The notes: generated by a model from the sequence alone, not told the origin. A stretch of DNA of 64,000 nt from Bugula neritina (GCA_964035545.1 OZ037767.1:31698628-31762627); one strand, 5' to 3'; counted from the stretch's first letter, positions 1 through 16,200 are shown. Program-made: numbers and translations.

Positions 1-1252
1 GTATAGTAATACACATATAGCTGTATAGTAATACACATGTAACTGTATAGTACTACACATGTAACTGTATAGTAACACACATGTAGCTGTATAGTAACAC
101 ACATGTAACTGTATAGTAATACACATGTAACTGTATAGTAATACACATGTAACTGTATAGTAATACACATGTAACTGTATAGTAACACATGTAGCTGTAT
201 AGTAATACACGTGTAACTGTATAGTAATACACATGTAACTGTATAATAATACACATGTAACTGTATAATAATACACATGTAGCTGTATAGTAATACACAT
301 GTAGCTGTATAGTGATACACACATATAGCTGTATAGTAATACACATGTAACTGTATAGTAATACACATGTAACTGTATAGTAACACACATGTAACTGTAT
401 AGTAATACACATGTAACTGTATAGTAATACACGTGTAGCTGTATAGTAATACACATGTAACTGTATAGTAATACACATGTAACTGTATAGTAATACACAT
501 GTAACTGTATAGTAATACACATGTAACTGTATAGTAATACACATGTAGCTGTATAGTAATACACATGTAACTGTATAGTACTACACATGTAACTGTATAG
601 TAATACACATGTAACTGTATAGTAATACACATGTAGCTGTATAGTAACACACATGTAACTGTATAGTAATACACATGTAGCTGTATAGTAACACACATGT
701 AACTGTATAGTAATACACGTGTAGCTGTATAGTAATACACATGTAACTGTATAGTAATACACATGTAACTGTATAGTAATACACATGTAACTGTATAGTA
801 ACACATGTAGCTGTATAGTAACACACATGTAACTGTATAGTAATACACATGTAGCTGTATAGTAATACACGTGTAGCTGTATAGTAACACACATGTAACT
901 GTATAGTAATACACATGTAGCTGTATAGTAATACACATGTAACTGTATAGTAATACACGTGTAGCTGTATAGTAATACACATGTAGCTGTATAGTGATAC
1001 ACATATAGCTGTATAGTAATACACATGTAACTGTATAGTAATACACACGTAACTGTATAGTAACACACGTAACTGTATAGTAATACACACGTAACTGTAT
1101 AGTAATACACATGTAACTGTATAGTAATACACATGTAACTGTATAGTAATACACATGTAACTGTATAGTAATACACGTGTAACTGTATAGTAATACACAT
1201 GTAACTGTATAGTAATACACATGTAACTGTATAGTAACACACATGTAGCTGT
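1..1252. repeat. Intronic minisatellite, 22-bp unit gtatagtaatacacatgtaact
   Basis: Tandem array running off the window start. Confidence 0.97.
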
Positions 1253-1256
1253 GTAC

Positions 1257-4200
1257 CTGGGGAATAAGGTGATACTCGGGGCTGGGGGCCGGCTCCGCAG
1301 AGATGTACACTCTGTAACCGTCGTGAGCCGTGAGGCTATGCTCCTCTAACTTCCTCTCGAGCATGCTCAGCCACTTGGCGACGAGGTGCACGTTTTGCAG
1401 TACGACCCAGTGACCATCCTTGGCGGCTAAATCCATTGCCTGCTCAGCCACTATCTCCTGACCTTGACCTAAGGAAATGTTGTGGAAGTTCTTCTTGTCC
1501 AGAGTAAAGCCGAGTTTCTTTCCCAGAGCTTCAACGTCCTTGAGAGGGTCAACACCGGGAGAGAGGATGAAGAAGACGGGAGTTCCTGGACCCGTTTCCT
1601 CATACGACTTGGCAAACTCGATGGATCTGCCTGTATGTATATATAGTACATGCTATATGCTATACTGTATACTGTATATAGTACATGCTATATGCTATAT
1701 ACATACACTGTATACTGTATATAGTACATACACTATAGACCTACACTTTAGACATACACTATATACGTACACGTAAGTACAGTGACTTACCCTCAACGTA
1801 TTTACTGCCCAGCATCTCTGACACAAAGTCCACCATGGCGTAGGACATACGATCTGGTCTCAAAGCCCTCATCATACACAACTTCTGCAGAGAGCTCTTG
1901 TTCTTCCACTCCTGGGGGAACTTCTCTTTCTCTGGACACTCAGACTCAACAAACTTCTTCCATCTCTTAGCGGAGCCCTCGATGTCGCGGTCTAAGTTCC
2001 TAAACTCCTCCATGTTGGCCAGGGCTTTGATACCACCCCAACTGTTGTGGTTGAGAAAGTCAACAGGGGAGATTACGTTCGGCTGAGCTGGGAATCTCAG
2101 GAGGAAGTCCAGCTCTACAGTGTTGATAGCCTTAGAGCTCATGAGAATCTAAAGAGAGACAGGCAGGGGGTGTGTGAGATATGCAAGGGGTGTGTGAGAT
2201 ATGCAGGGAAGGGGTGTGTCAAGACGTATCACAGCTGGTAGAAAACACTTGTCAATACGTGTCACAGCTGGTAGAAAGACTTACCGCAAAACACATCTGA
2301 GACACGAAGATGAGTTTGTCCTTCTCAAACAGCCCTCTACTGGTATAGTTGAACACAGAGAAGGTGATGCAGTCAATGAGATTCAGTACCCTGACCTTCA
2401 CCTCATCTGCTGGCTCCGCCTTCTCAATAGCTTTACCGAACACTATACTAAATGCCTGAGAAGAGAGAGTTATACTGTATTATTATACTGTTATATTGTA
2501 TTACTATACTGTTATACTGTATTATTATACTGTTATACTGTATTATTGTACTGTTATACTGCATCACTATACGATTATACTGTATTATTATACTGTTATA
2601 TTGTATTACTATACTGTTATACTGTATTATTATACTGTTATACTGTATTATTATACTGTATTACTATACTGTTATACCGTATTATTATACTGTTATACTG
2701 CATCACTATACTGTTATACTGTATTATTATACTGTTATACTGTATTATTATATTGTTATACTGTATTATTATACTGTTATACTGCATCACTATACGATTA
2801 TACTGTATTATTATACTGTTATATTGTATTATTATACTGTTATACTGTATTATTATACTGTTATACTGCATCACTATACTGTTATACTGTATTATTATAC
2901 TGTTATACTGTATTATTATATTGTTATACTGTATTATTATACTGTTATACTGTATTATTATATTGTTATACTGTATTATTATATTGTTATATCGTATTAT
3001 TATATTAATACATAAGGTATACCTTGAGTGAGAACTGATACATGGGGTTTATCTTGAAGAGCTCATTGAGAATAAAATACAGGAGAGAGGCTCTTGCAGC
3101 GGCAAGCCGGTAATGCTCTCTCGCCTCGTTAATCTGCACCTCCGTCACCTTAGCCTGTTCCACCTTCTCGGCAATCTCTGTAGCAGTAGACTTGGTCGTC
3201 TCCAAGTTCTCCACCAGAGCCGTGTCACCCAGGAAATCCCCCTCTACGTGCACAACGTTACAAGATAATACATAGTGGCTAGTTGGTGAACATACAGAGC
3301 TGAGTCTGTATATAATATCCCACCTGCAGCTGAGTATATAATATCCCACCTACAGCTAAGTATATAATATCCCATCTACAGCTGAGTCTATAATATCCCA
3401 CCTACAGCTGAGTATATAATATCCCACCTACAGCTGAGTATATAATATCCCACCTACAGCTGAGTATATAATATCCCACCTACAGCTGAGTATATAATAT
3501 CCCACCTACAGCTGAGTATATAATATCCCATCTACAGCTGAGTCTATAATATCCTACCTACAGCTGAGTATATAATATCCCACATAAAGCTGAGTTTATA
3601 ATATCCCACCTACAGCTGAGTATATAATATCCCATCTACAGCTGAGTATATAATATCCCACCTACAGCTGAGTATGTAATATCTTATCTACAGTTGAGTC
3701 TATAATACCCCACATAAAGCTGAGTTTATAATGTCTCACCTGCAGCTGACAGCCGGGCTAACAAATCATCCTCCAGTTTCTTCAACAGGATTTTAAACTC
3801 ATTCTGCTGCCTTGTGAGCTCAGACTTCAGCTGCTCCAGATCTGGTCTTTCCACAGCCACCACCTGCGCCAGAAGTTGATCCTCTAAACCGTCTCTGGTG
3901 ACAGTAAAATTAATGAGAGTTGTCTGGGCCTGCATCTCTGGCTTGTAGTGAGGGTTGGCCAGCTGAAACAGTCAGTAACTTGATATAGCGTAATACAGTA
4001 TTAGTTCATTCAGTAACTAAAATGGGAACAAAACCAGATCCATTCTTTGAATATTTAGCTGGTGAAATGGTGAGGAGAGGAAGACAATCCACAACATGGT
4101 GACACACCTTAGTTTGAAGGATGAGTTTAAATGCCTTGTTGTATTCAACTTCCTTGTCACCCATCTTGATGTAACGACCTTTCTTTATAAGGTTACGACC

Positions 4201-7200
4201 CAGCAAGGGGTCAAGTACAGGGTCAATACTCTCCTCTATGCTCTCGATGAGCACCACGTCACCGGACATGACTGCGTGCTCGATCCTGTCCAGATATCCC
4301 TTCTGTCCCAGCCTCACCACTATCAGATTGTCTGAGTATCTGTTCTTCACCCATTTTATACCCTGAGTACAAGCACAGTACACAGTAAATAGGTGAGTAA
4401 ACAGGTGAGTAAACAGGTGAGTAAACAGGTGAGTAGACAGTTGAGTGAGTAGACAGCTAGGTGAGTAGACAGAGAGGTGAATAAACAGAGAGGTGAGTAG
4501 ACAGACAGGTGAGTAGACAGGTTAGTGAGTAGACAGCAAGACATACCTGAAGCTGGGGGTCGATCATGAGTGGCCATCTCTCACAGTTGCACAAGATGGT
4601 GGCGTTCTCTGTTGACATCCTGTCAGAGGGCAAACCTTCGTTGTTCCAGGAGGCAATCTGCGCGTCGTCGGTCAACATGGAGAGAGGGTCAAGGTCGGGA
4701 GTTGCAGGAATTGGAGTCTGCAAATCAGCAACAGGTGTTACCAATCACCTGCTCTCTCTTACTCTCATTTACTCTCCCCTGCTCTCATCTGCTCTCCCTT
4801 ACTCTCACCTGTTCTCCCCTGCTCTCACCTGCTCTCCCTTACTCTCACCTGCTCTCCCCTGCTCTCACCTGCTCTCCCTTACTCTCACCTGCTCTCATCT
4901 GCTCTCACTTACTCTCACCTGCTCTCCCTCACTCTCACCTGTTCTCACTTACTTTTACTTACTCTCATAAATATATGTTAATTATTAAAACTAGAAAAAC
5001 AAAGCAGATATGCACCTTGAGTTTTTTAAGAAATGGCAGCCAGTGGTTGTCCATTAAGTCCACTCTGTAACTCTTGATGAAGCAGCCAACATAAGAGACG
5101 AAAGCTGTGGTCAGCAGAACGTCGCCAGGCAGCGTGGTGGCCTGCTGCTTGAACAGCTCAATAGACTCCGCCCACCTCACGTTCTCCGATGCTAATCCAC
5201 CAACCAGACGATTTGCCAAGCTGAAGAGTATTTAAAGTTAACATTTAATATACTGTATAGTTAACATATAATATACTACATAGTTAACATATAATATACT
5301 GTATAGTTAACAGATAATAATATGCTGTATAGTTAACATATAATACACTGTATAGTTAACATATAATATACTGTATAGTTAACATATAATATACTGTATA
5401 GTTAACATATAATATACTGTATAGTTAACATTTAATATACTGTATAGTTAACATATAATATACTGTATAGTTAAGATATAATATACTGTATAGTTAACAT
5501 ATAATATACTGTATAGTTAACATATGATATACTGTATAGTTAACATATAACATACTGTATAGTTAGCATATAATACACTGTATAGTTAACATTTAATATA
5601 TTGTATAGTTAACATATAATATACTGTATAGTTAACATATACTATACTGTATAGTTAACATATAATATACTGTATAGTTAACATATAATACACTGTATAG
5701 TTAACATATAATATACTACATAGTTAACATATAATATACTGTATAGTTAACATATAATATACTACATAGTTAACATATAATACACTGTATAGATAACATA
5801 TAATACACTGTATAGATATCATATAACATACTTTATAGTTCTGTTTGTCGCGTCAGCCTGCTCCTGGCAGCGTATCTTCTCAGCAGTTGCCCTCTCAAAG
5901 TCAGCAGTCAGCTTGTCCAGGACTTCTTCTAAAGCTTTGATTTTACTCTGAATTCCTTTCAACTTGTCAACAGCAGCGGCTAACTCAGCGTTTGCGGCAG
6001 CCAAAGCGAGACGTTTGGGTTCCACTTCACAGTAAACACGATAAAATCTGTAAAACACACAGTTACATGAAAATAATATATACACTTATATGATAATATA
6101 TATACTTATATGATAATATATATACTTATATGATAATATATATACTTACATGACAATAATATACACAGTTTACATGACAATACATACACTACCATGATAA
6201 TATAGACACTTACATGACAATATTTATAGCCCAAGCACATAAACCAGCAGCTGCAAAAGATTTGCCACGGATAAAGTCGGGTTCAAACTCAGGGTCGTTG
6301 AGATAAGGGTCTACAGCCTTGAGACAGGCGTCTGGGATATTCTCCTTGTCATAGTTGATGAGAGAGTCTAGAAATGCATCTACCTGGAGAATTAGTAACA
6401 AATTATATTAATATACTCTGTTCATATAATACTGTGTCTATACTATATTGTGTATATACTATACTGATATACTGTACTGTGTATATACTATACTGTGTAT
6501 ATACTATACTGTGTATATACTATACTGTGTCTATACTATATTGTGTATATACTATACTGTGTATATACTATACTGTGTATATACTGTACTGATATACTGT
6601 ACTGTGTATATACTATACTGTGTATATACTATACTGATATACTGTACTGATATACTGTACTGTGTATATACTGCACTGTGTATATACTGCACTGTGTATA
6701 TACTATACTGATATACTGTACTGTGTATATACTATACTGTGTATATACTATACTGATATACTATACTGGGTCATATTTATACATTAGTTTCATACACTTA
6801 CATTGATTACACTTACATTGATTACTCTTACCTTATTCATCATACCCTTAGCAGCCTTCCAGCTTCTGTCTTTTGGCACTTTGCCTCCAGACGCCATGAG
6901 ACACATGACTGCGGCCGTCACACTCACCACAGCAGCAGGCGGTGAGCCAAACGACTTCAGTTCAGTCAAGTTGTTCTACAAGCATGAGTAGAATCTACAA
7001 GTGCTTTCATATAGCAGAGGTGTGTATATATAGCATACGTGTGTGTATATACAGCAGACGTGTGTGTATATACAGCAGACGTGTGTATATACAGCAGACG
7101 TGTGTATATACAGCAGACGTGTGTATAGCAGATGAATAAATACAGCAGATGTGTGTATAGCAGACGAATAAATACAGCAGACGTGTGTATAGCAGACGAA

Positions 7201-10200
7201 TAAATACAGCAGACGTGTGTATAGCAGATGAATAAATACAGCAGAGGTGTATATACAGCAGACGAATAAATACAGCAGACGTGTGTATAGCAGATGAATA
7301 AATACAGCAGACGTGTGTATAGCAGATGAATAAATACAGCAGACGTGTGTATAGCAGGTGAATAAATACAGCAGACGTGTATATAGCAGACGAATAAATA
7401 CAGCAGACGTGTGTATAGCAGATGAATAAATACAGAAGACGTGTGTATAGCAGACGAATAAATACAGCAGACGCGTATATAGCAGATGAATAGTACCTTA
7501 TTGAGGGTATTCAGGGCTTCCTGTGCAGCTATGAGAGCAGGTTCAGCCTTGGCCAGGTCTGTCTCACACGCTATTTGTTTCTTTGTTACTTCTTCTTTGA
7601 TCACAGCTACCTGTATAGGAAGATTGGTGATGTAATGAGGGCACAATACACTAGTTGGCAATACACTAGTTGGCAATGCAGTAGTTGAAAATACAGCAGT
7701 TGACAAAGTAGTAGTTTACAATACACTAGTTTATTATATACTAGTTTACTATATACTAGTTTACTATATACTAGTTTACTATACAGTAGTTTACTATACA
7801 GTAGTTTACTATACAGTAGTATACTATACAGTGTTTTACTATACAGTAGTTTACTATACAGTAGTTTCATATGTGAAGATATGAACATACATGGATTATG
7901 TAATAACTGAGAACACAGATATTATGTAATAAATGAGAACACAGGGATTATGTAATAAGTGGATTATGAATCAGACCTTTTTCTCCTCCTCATCAGCTAT
8001 AGCCTTTTCTTTGGAAACTTTCTCAGTCTCAGCTCCAACAATTTGGATCAGTTTATTAGCATCTTCGTTCTTTTGAGTCAACTCAATTTCCTGTGCTGCT
8101 AATTTAGCCTTCAAATCATCCACTTGAGCCGCTAGAAACAACCAATCAGAACACACGTTCACTGGAGATGCTCACTGATTGGCCAAGCTAGACATACAAT
8201 GAGCTGTGAATGCAAACCCCTGAGTCGTGTGCACTTACCAGTTGATCTCAGCTTCTCCAGACCATTTTCCAGACGTTGCATTTTACCCTGCAGTTCGAGG
8301 TTCTTAGTGGAGAGAGTGTTAAGGTAGAGCGCGATCTGCTCGAGGAAGCTCTTGGGCGTCGTGTAGTTATACCTCTTCTCCTGGAGCAGGTACTGCTGTG
8401 ACATCTCGTTCACAGACGTGTGCACATACGACATGAACTCTGCAACCGAGTCCTTCAGCTCCTCAGGCAGATACTCGCTGTCGTTGATGAACCGTCTGCT
8501 GACAGAGACCAGGGCCTCCTGCGGCCACTCGTGGAACCAGTCTATGCTGGTGCAGTTCACCACGCCTGGGAACTTCCTGCCCCTCACCCTCAGAGTGCTG
8601 CCCACTGGGGAGAAACACAGCACCACTTTCAGCATTTTACGAACTCTGTCTATGAAAAATCTCCAGCAGTTCTCTCTCGTGTCTTCTATGCCCATCCCCT
8701 TCACCTCGTTCCTCACTCCATTTATACAGTTCTCCACTTCATCATCTGGCAGCAGGTCTGCTATTTCTCCAGTTGACAGCAGGTCATTAACAAGGACAAG
8801 GAACTTCTCATCTGTGACCTTAGAATATACAGTTGAGTATATATAGAGATAATATGGTGGACAGAGAGAACATGGTGGACAGAGAGAGAATATGGTGGAC
8901 AGAGAGAACATGGTGGACAGAGAGAGAATATGGTGGACAGAGAGAATATGGTGTACAGAGAGAGAATATGATGCACAGAGAGAACGGTGGACAGAGAGAA
9001 TATGGTGGACAGAGAGAGAATATGGTGGACAGAGAGAGAATATGGTAGACAGGGAGAACATGGTGGACAGAGAGAACATATGGTGGACAGAGAGAGAACA
9101 TGGTGGACAGAGAGAGAACATGGTGGACAGAGAGAGAACATGGTGGACAGAGAGAGAACATGGTGGACAGAGAGAGAATATGGTAGACAGAGTGAATATG
9201 GTGGACAGAGAGAGAATATGGTGTACAGAGAGAATATGATGGACAGAGAGAGAACATGGTGGACAGAGAGAGAATATGGTGGACAGAGAGAGAATATGGT
9301 GGAGAGAGAGAATATGATGGACAGAGAGAGAACATGGTGGACAGAGAGAGAACATAGTGGACAGTGAGAAAATATGGTGGACAGTTGACCAACCTGAGCG
9401 TCTGTCATAAGAAACATGCATCCCACATTCTTGACCCCAGCTTTGATATAGAGAGCAGCCAAGTCTAGCTTGAGATCTGGTATAGCGTAGCCCTTCCTGA
9501 TGGTGATCTGAAAGGGTTCTAAGCCGGTGATATACCCGGCCAGCCTCGCCAGGGACTGCTTTCCTGAGCCTAAAGCAATCCATAGTGACTAAGCAACTAA
9601 TTCATGAAACAAGAACAATACACATGCATGTACAATAAACAAGCATTGAGTAATGTAATTAAACAAATATACCTCCAACACCAATGAGCAGAGCATTTCC
9701 TCTCGGTGACTCCAGAATTCTGTTTATTCTGCAGACATGCTCCATAGCATCCTCGAACAGCACCAGGTTCATGGCTGCATTCATCTCATTGTAGCTGTCC
9801 AGTGCTTCCAGCAACAACTTATTCAACGAGGGCCAATCAGGGACAGGCATGTACTTGGGCTCTCCGATACCTAGACAGAACAGCAACCTGTTGCTAGGTG
9901 ACAGTACACCAACCTGTTGCTAGGCGACAGTACACCAACCTGTTGCAAAGTGACAGTACACCAACCTGTTGCTAGGTGACAGTACACCAACCTGTTGCTA
10001 GGTGACAGTACACCCACCTGTTGCTAAGTGACAGAACACCAACCTGTTGCTAGCTGACAGAACACAAACCTGTTGCTAGGTGACAGTACACCCACCTGTT
10101 GCTAGGTGACAGTACACCAACCTGTTGCTAGGTGACAGTACACGCACCTGTTGCTAAGTGACAGAACACCAACCTGTTGCTAGCTGACAGAACACAAACC

Positions 10201-13200
10201 TGTTGCTAGGTGACAGAACACCAACCTGTTGCTAGCTGACAGAACACCCACCTGTTGCAAAGTGATAATAAATCAACCAGTTGCTAAGTGACAGTACACT
10301 AACCTGTTGCTAGGTGACAGAACACCAACATGTTGCTAGTTGACAGAACACCCACCTGTTGCAAAGTGACAATAAATCAATGGCTTCTTGCTAAACACCT
10401 CGTCTGGTTCAACATCATCGAAAGACTTCTTGAAAGTGTCTCTTTGAACTGTGAAAAATGTGTCCATGTCGGTTGTATCCACCATTTTGTCACCGTACAC
10501 TCGGTTGGCTTCATGAACCCACAAACTCAGCAGATCTATGGAGGTCTTCACGCATTCAGCGTTACTGAACAAGACTCCCTGCAATTACACCAAACTCTTT
10601 CCAGAGTTAGATAGTCAACATGTTCTACAGCTGCCTGGTCAACACTTTCTATAGTTACATGGTCAACACTTTCTACAGTTACCTGGTCAACACTTTCTAC
10701 AGCTACACAGTCAATATTACCAGGATGTAGCTCTACGCGATATTCTAACCTGAAATATGTTGGAGAGATCTCTCAAGTTGAAGATGTAATGAAACTTGAT
10801 AGCTGTAGGTAGAAACGTGGAAGAGACCTTTGCGTGAAGATCAAGAGCTCCGTTGACAAGGGTCGGAGCAAATTTAACAACTTGAGAGTTGATCCCAACT
10901 GCTTGCAGATGCTGCAATGTGTACGGAGTATAAATTACAAGATAATAAGAAGGAAATTACATCATATAGTAGTTGGATGGTGAGTGGAGATTGGTAACTA
11001 GGAGAGAATACTGCTGACACCTGGGAGAATACTGTTGATACCTGAGAGAGAATACTGGTAATACTTGAGAGAGAATACTGCTGACACCTGGGAGAGAATA
11101 CTGCTGACACCTGGGAGAATACTGCTGATACCTGAGAGAGAATACTGGTAATACTTGAGAGAGAATATTGTTGATACCTGGGAGAGAATACTCGTGTAGA
11201 TAGTGGCCAGAGCGTCACGTCCGGGGAATGAGAGAGCGAAGACTGTGAAATGTCTTTGAAGACGAGTGTTGATGGTAAAGGAACCGGCAGTGGGGTTCAT
11301 GCAGGACACATACTGAGTTTTGTGTACTTCTTTTAAAGAGAGTTTCTGCCGGTCATACCAGTGACTGTAATCCAGGTGCTGTCTAATCAGTGTGTGGGGC
11401 TGTACAGTGAAGTATTTGTCTACCTAATAATATAATATTACACTACGGTAATACAATAATATAATATGTTATACAATATGGTAATGCCGTAATACGATAA
11501 ACTATACAATATTTTATACAATAATATACAATGAAAACACCTATGCTATATATAAATGTCAACATCACAATACCTCTGGCATGTTCATGTCGTCTATAAA
11601 ATAAATAAGTCTCTTGTTTCCTGGAGGTCCATAATTGCGACCAGCTTTCTTCTCCAGAGGCTTCTCCAGCACCCCCTGCAGCATGGCTGAGGTAGTATAG
11701 AAGTTGAACGGTACGTTGGCAATGTTGAACTCTTCAGGCAGTGTGTTTAGTTTCTCAGCCATCAACACAGACTTTCCTGTTCCAGCATTTCCAACCAGCA
11801 TCACTGGGCGTCTCTTCTCTATGAGCAGATCTATGAAGAACTTTGTCCTCGTGGTCTCAGCTGTGTGCACCAGAGCAGACTGCAAGCAGACGTAGTGAGT
11901 TATCAGGTGAGTAAACAGGTGAGTAAACAGGTGAGTCAACAAGTGTGTCAACAGGTGAGTAAACAGGTGAGTCAACAGGTGAGTAAACAGGTGAGTAAAC
12001 AGGTGAGTCAGCAGTAAATACGACAGGTTACCTGGAGAGGAATATCTGGGTCAAGCTCAAAGCTGGGCACTAGTTTGGTCCAAGGTTCAAACTTGTGAGT
12101 GGAGGAATCAATGAAGTAGTCAAAAACTGTGCCAGCAGTTGGGAACTTGATGGCCTTGAACTCATTGGTCCACCACTTGGTGAAGTCAACCCTGTGGTCT
12201 GTCAGCTGGTCCTGGAAGAGACAGGCTCCAAATGCCCACACACAGCAGAAGACAAAGTATAACTCGTAGAGCTCTTTGGGACAATCGGGAGGAGTGTTTT
12301 CTGGAGTTAGCATCACCTGCAGACATGAGTTAGATTGTTACCAGTATGTAGCAGTTCTACCACCATCAGTCAAACAGCAGTCAGTATCTGATCTCTACTT
12401 TACCTCCAACAGGTAGCACAGAGTTTGGATGTGAGAGATCTCTGCTATGGGAGTTATCTTCTTAAACCTGACCTTCATGATGTCTAGACACGGCGGCACG
12501 TACTTGTCAAACAAAATTGTCAGGTTTGCTTTTTCAGACTGAATCTCTCTCGTATCAATCCACGAGTTAACATACCTGGATGTAGCAACCAGCATATAAC
12601 ATTATATGATGTTCATCATAATGTAACTAGAACGATCGAAAGCGTAAACAACACTTACGGATTCCAGCCCAGATCCTGAGGGTTGATATAGAGAATACCG
12701 GCCCTGGAGACTGTGGCTGGAGTGGCGGTCTTGAGGTGAGCGATTTCAAACAGAAGTCTCATTGACTGAGTCAGTGGAATTCTTTCATTGGATGCCAAGG
12801 TGAGTACCTGTAATAGAGTGCACCATGAGTCAATACAGCACAGTACGTCATGAGTCAGTACAACACAGTACGTCATAGACTAAGTCAGCATTTCATAGAC
12901 TAGGTACCTTGTTATCATCCATAACAGTGTTGAGGGACTCTATCCACATGGGATCAATATCACCGTCCAGTACAATCCACTTGGGTCCATTGTGAGTTAT
13001 ATTGGCCAGGTCTCTCATGATTACGGAGAAGAGGCCGTCTTTCCACTCCCGAGTTGAGGGATTTATAATCCCTGTAACAGGTGTGTGAGTTGAGTGAAGA
13101 TCAGGTTCAAGAGAATGAAAGGTGAGCATACGAGGAGAATTGACAGACAAGAGAAATCAGAAACTTGTGATGTGATGGTGTGAACAGCAAATAGGAATTT

Positions 13201-16200
13201 TGGTAGATGAGATAAGAGCTACATCTGACAAGATACGATAATGGGGGACACCTACCATACAACTCATCATTAGTGACAGCTTTTGGGTTAAGATCTTGGG
13301 CTATAGGTTTTATTTTCTGCATCTGATATGTCTTGTTTAGCGTCTTCCATACCATGGATTTGCCAGTCCCAGCATTTCCAATAATGAAGACAGAGTGGCG
13401 TACCTGTCAGAGGAATAATATACATAAACTCACTCATTGTGTGGTAATATAGTAACAGTTTGAACACAGACTACACGCTATAACACATGGAATATGTGCT
13501 AAAACACACAGACTACATGCTATAACACACAGACTACATGCTATAACACACGTAGAATACATGTTATAACACACAGACTACATTCTATAACACACACAGA
13601 CTACATGCTATAACACACGTAGAATACATGTTATAACACACAGACTACATGCTATAACACACAGACGACATGCTAAAGCACACAGACTACTACATGCTAT
13701 AACACCTACCTCAAAGAGCTCCTTCAGCTGCACAACTTTGAGGATAAATCCCTCCTCTGGCTGGAGTTTCAGAGCCAAGGCCCCATTTCTCAGCTCCTTC
13801 TCAAACTCGAGGTCCCTCTTACGAGGCACGTCAAGGGCAGGGAAGAGGTCACCAATCAGACCCATGAAGATAGGCACATCATCAGTGACTATCTTAGGGG
13901 TGTTGAAGTCACGCAATGCCCTCATCAATACCTGAATAAGTTCAACTGATTACAATACCCCAAGACTAGCGTTGAAGAACAGAAAACATTGAGAAACCAA
14001 AATATGTGGCTTCTACCTCATCTATTTACAAATCAAGTTGCAAGCACATCCACAAAAGAATGAGTTTATTTTCCTATCTAAGTCACATGGGCTGTTTTTT
14101 CATCAACATGAAAATATTGAACAGGAATAAAAGCATGAGAGATAAGTTATGAATTTTCAATGAATAAAATGCATTTAGAATGATGTGTAGAAAGATATGT
14201 AAACAAATATGTACAGTATGTAAAAAGATATGTAGAAAGATGAGTAGAGAGATATGTAGAAAGATGAGTAAAAAGATATGTAGAAAGATGAGTAGAGAGA
14301 TATGTAGAAAGATGAGTAGAGCTATGTAGAAAGATGAGTAGAGAGATATGTAGAAAGATGAGTAGAGAGATGTGTAGAAAGATGAGTAGAGAGATATGTA
14401 GAAAGATGAGTAGAGAGATATGTAGAAAGATGAGTAGAGAGATATGTAGAAAGATGAGTAGAGCTATGTAGAAAGATGAGTAGAGAGATATGTAGAAAGA
14501 TGAGTAGAGAGATGTGTAGAAAGATGAGTAGAGAGATATGTAGAAAGATGAGTAGAGAGATATGTAGAAAGATGAGTAGAGAGATATGTAGAAAGATGAG
14601 TAGAGAGATATGTAGAAAGATGAGTAGAGAGATATGTAGAAAGATGAGTAGAGAGATGTGTAGAAAGATGAGTAGAGAGATATGTAGAAAGATGAGTAGA
14701 GAGATATGTAGAAAGATGAGTAGGGATACGTGGAAAAGTGAGTAGAGATATATACAATGTAGAAAGATTACCTGGTCTTCAGGCCTGTCAGGGTCACTCC
14801 TCTTCAGAGCACCTGCAACCACCAGCACAGACTTGATGGCACGTAGACCCCAGTCGTAGTGGTCCTGTTTAGACAGCAACTCTCTGCACAGAGTGTACAG
14901 AGTGATGAACTTCCTGGCGAGCAGACGGGCGTCTAGGAACCCCTCAGCCACCAGCATTATCTCACAGATCAGTTCAAAGTCCGGCACAACCATAGCACAA
15001 GGTCGGAAGAGGGCCTTGAGGTTCTCTGGGAGCTCGGCTCTCCCTGCGTAGCCTGTTCAATCATACGTATAATATACTTACTACTTACTATATGTCAACA
15101 GTAGTATATGATAGAGTAGAGAGTAGTATATAGTACAGAGTAGTATATAGTACAGAGTAGTATATAGTATATAGAATAGATTAGTACATATGATAGAGTA
15201 GTATACTATACTATATTACAGAGTAGTGACTCACCTGGATTCATAGTGATAAAAAGACCGACTGTGGCGTTCAACTTGATGTCTTCTCCAAGGAAGACAA
15301 ACATCTTCTTCTTATCTCTGATGGCATCTTGAATGCACTTCACCTGCACCGCTACGACTGAGAGAACTTCCACAGCGATTCTGTTGAACTCGTCGAAGCA
15401 GCCCCAGGCACCTGACTGTGCCAGACCCTTGTATATGTTCCCAATGGACTGCAATTCAACACACATACAGACGTGAAGGATACTCTTTCTACACAACTAA
15501 TATGACACGTACTACTTGAACTCAGCTACATTGCTGTTACCTTGTAGTCCATCTGCTCAGAGCAGTTGAACACATACACCATGATGCCCAGAGCTCTGCC
15601 CAAGTCCTTTGTCGTCTCAGTCTTTCCAGTACCGGCTGGCCCGGCCGGCGCCCCGCTCATGGTGAGGTGAAGGGACTGAGTGAGAGTGATATAGCACCTG
15701 TCTGTCAGGGGAGTGATGACAAGTCGGGCCGTGTTCCCCAGGTACTCGTACGAGTATTTGAACTGAGCGTCACAGATGTTGGCAAAACAGTGTTTCTGAG
15801 ACTCGTCCCACCTGTGGCGAAGTTGAGACAGCCACATGAAGTGGAGAGACGAATCCACCTGAAATATATCAACACTTCAGGTGTCAACACTTCTGATATA
15901 ACTGTAGACAGAGAGGTGTTGAACATATCAACACCTCTGATATAACTGTAGACAGAGAGATGTTGAACATATCAACACTTAGCTGCAACTGTAGACAGAG
16001 AGATGCAGAGCTACACTTTGGTTTATAACCTTAGATTTGGCAGTGAATTTAAAAGGAAATATAACAGCCCTGACACTGCAACACATGTAACACAATGTAA
16101 CACACTGTAACACAATGCAACACACTGTAACACAATGTAACACACTGTAACACACTGTAACACACTGTAACACAATGTAACACAATGCAACAGACTGTAA

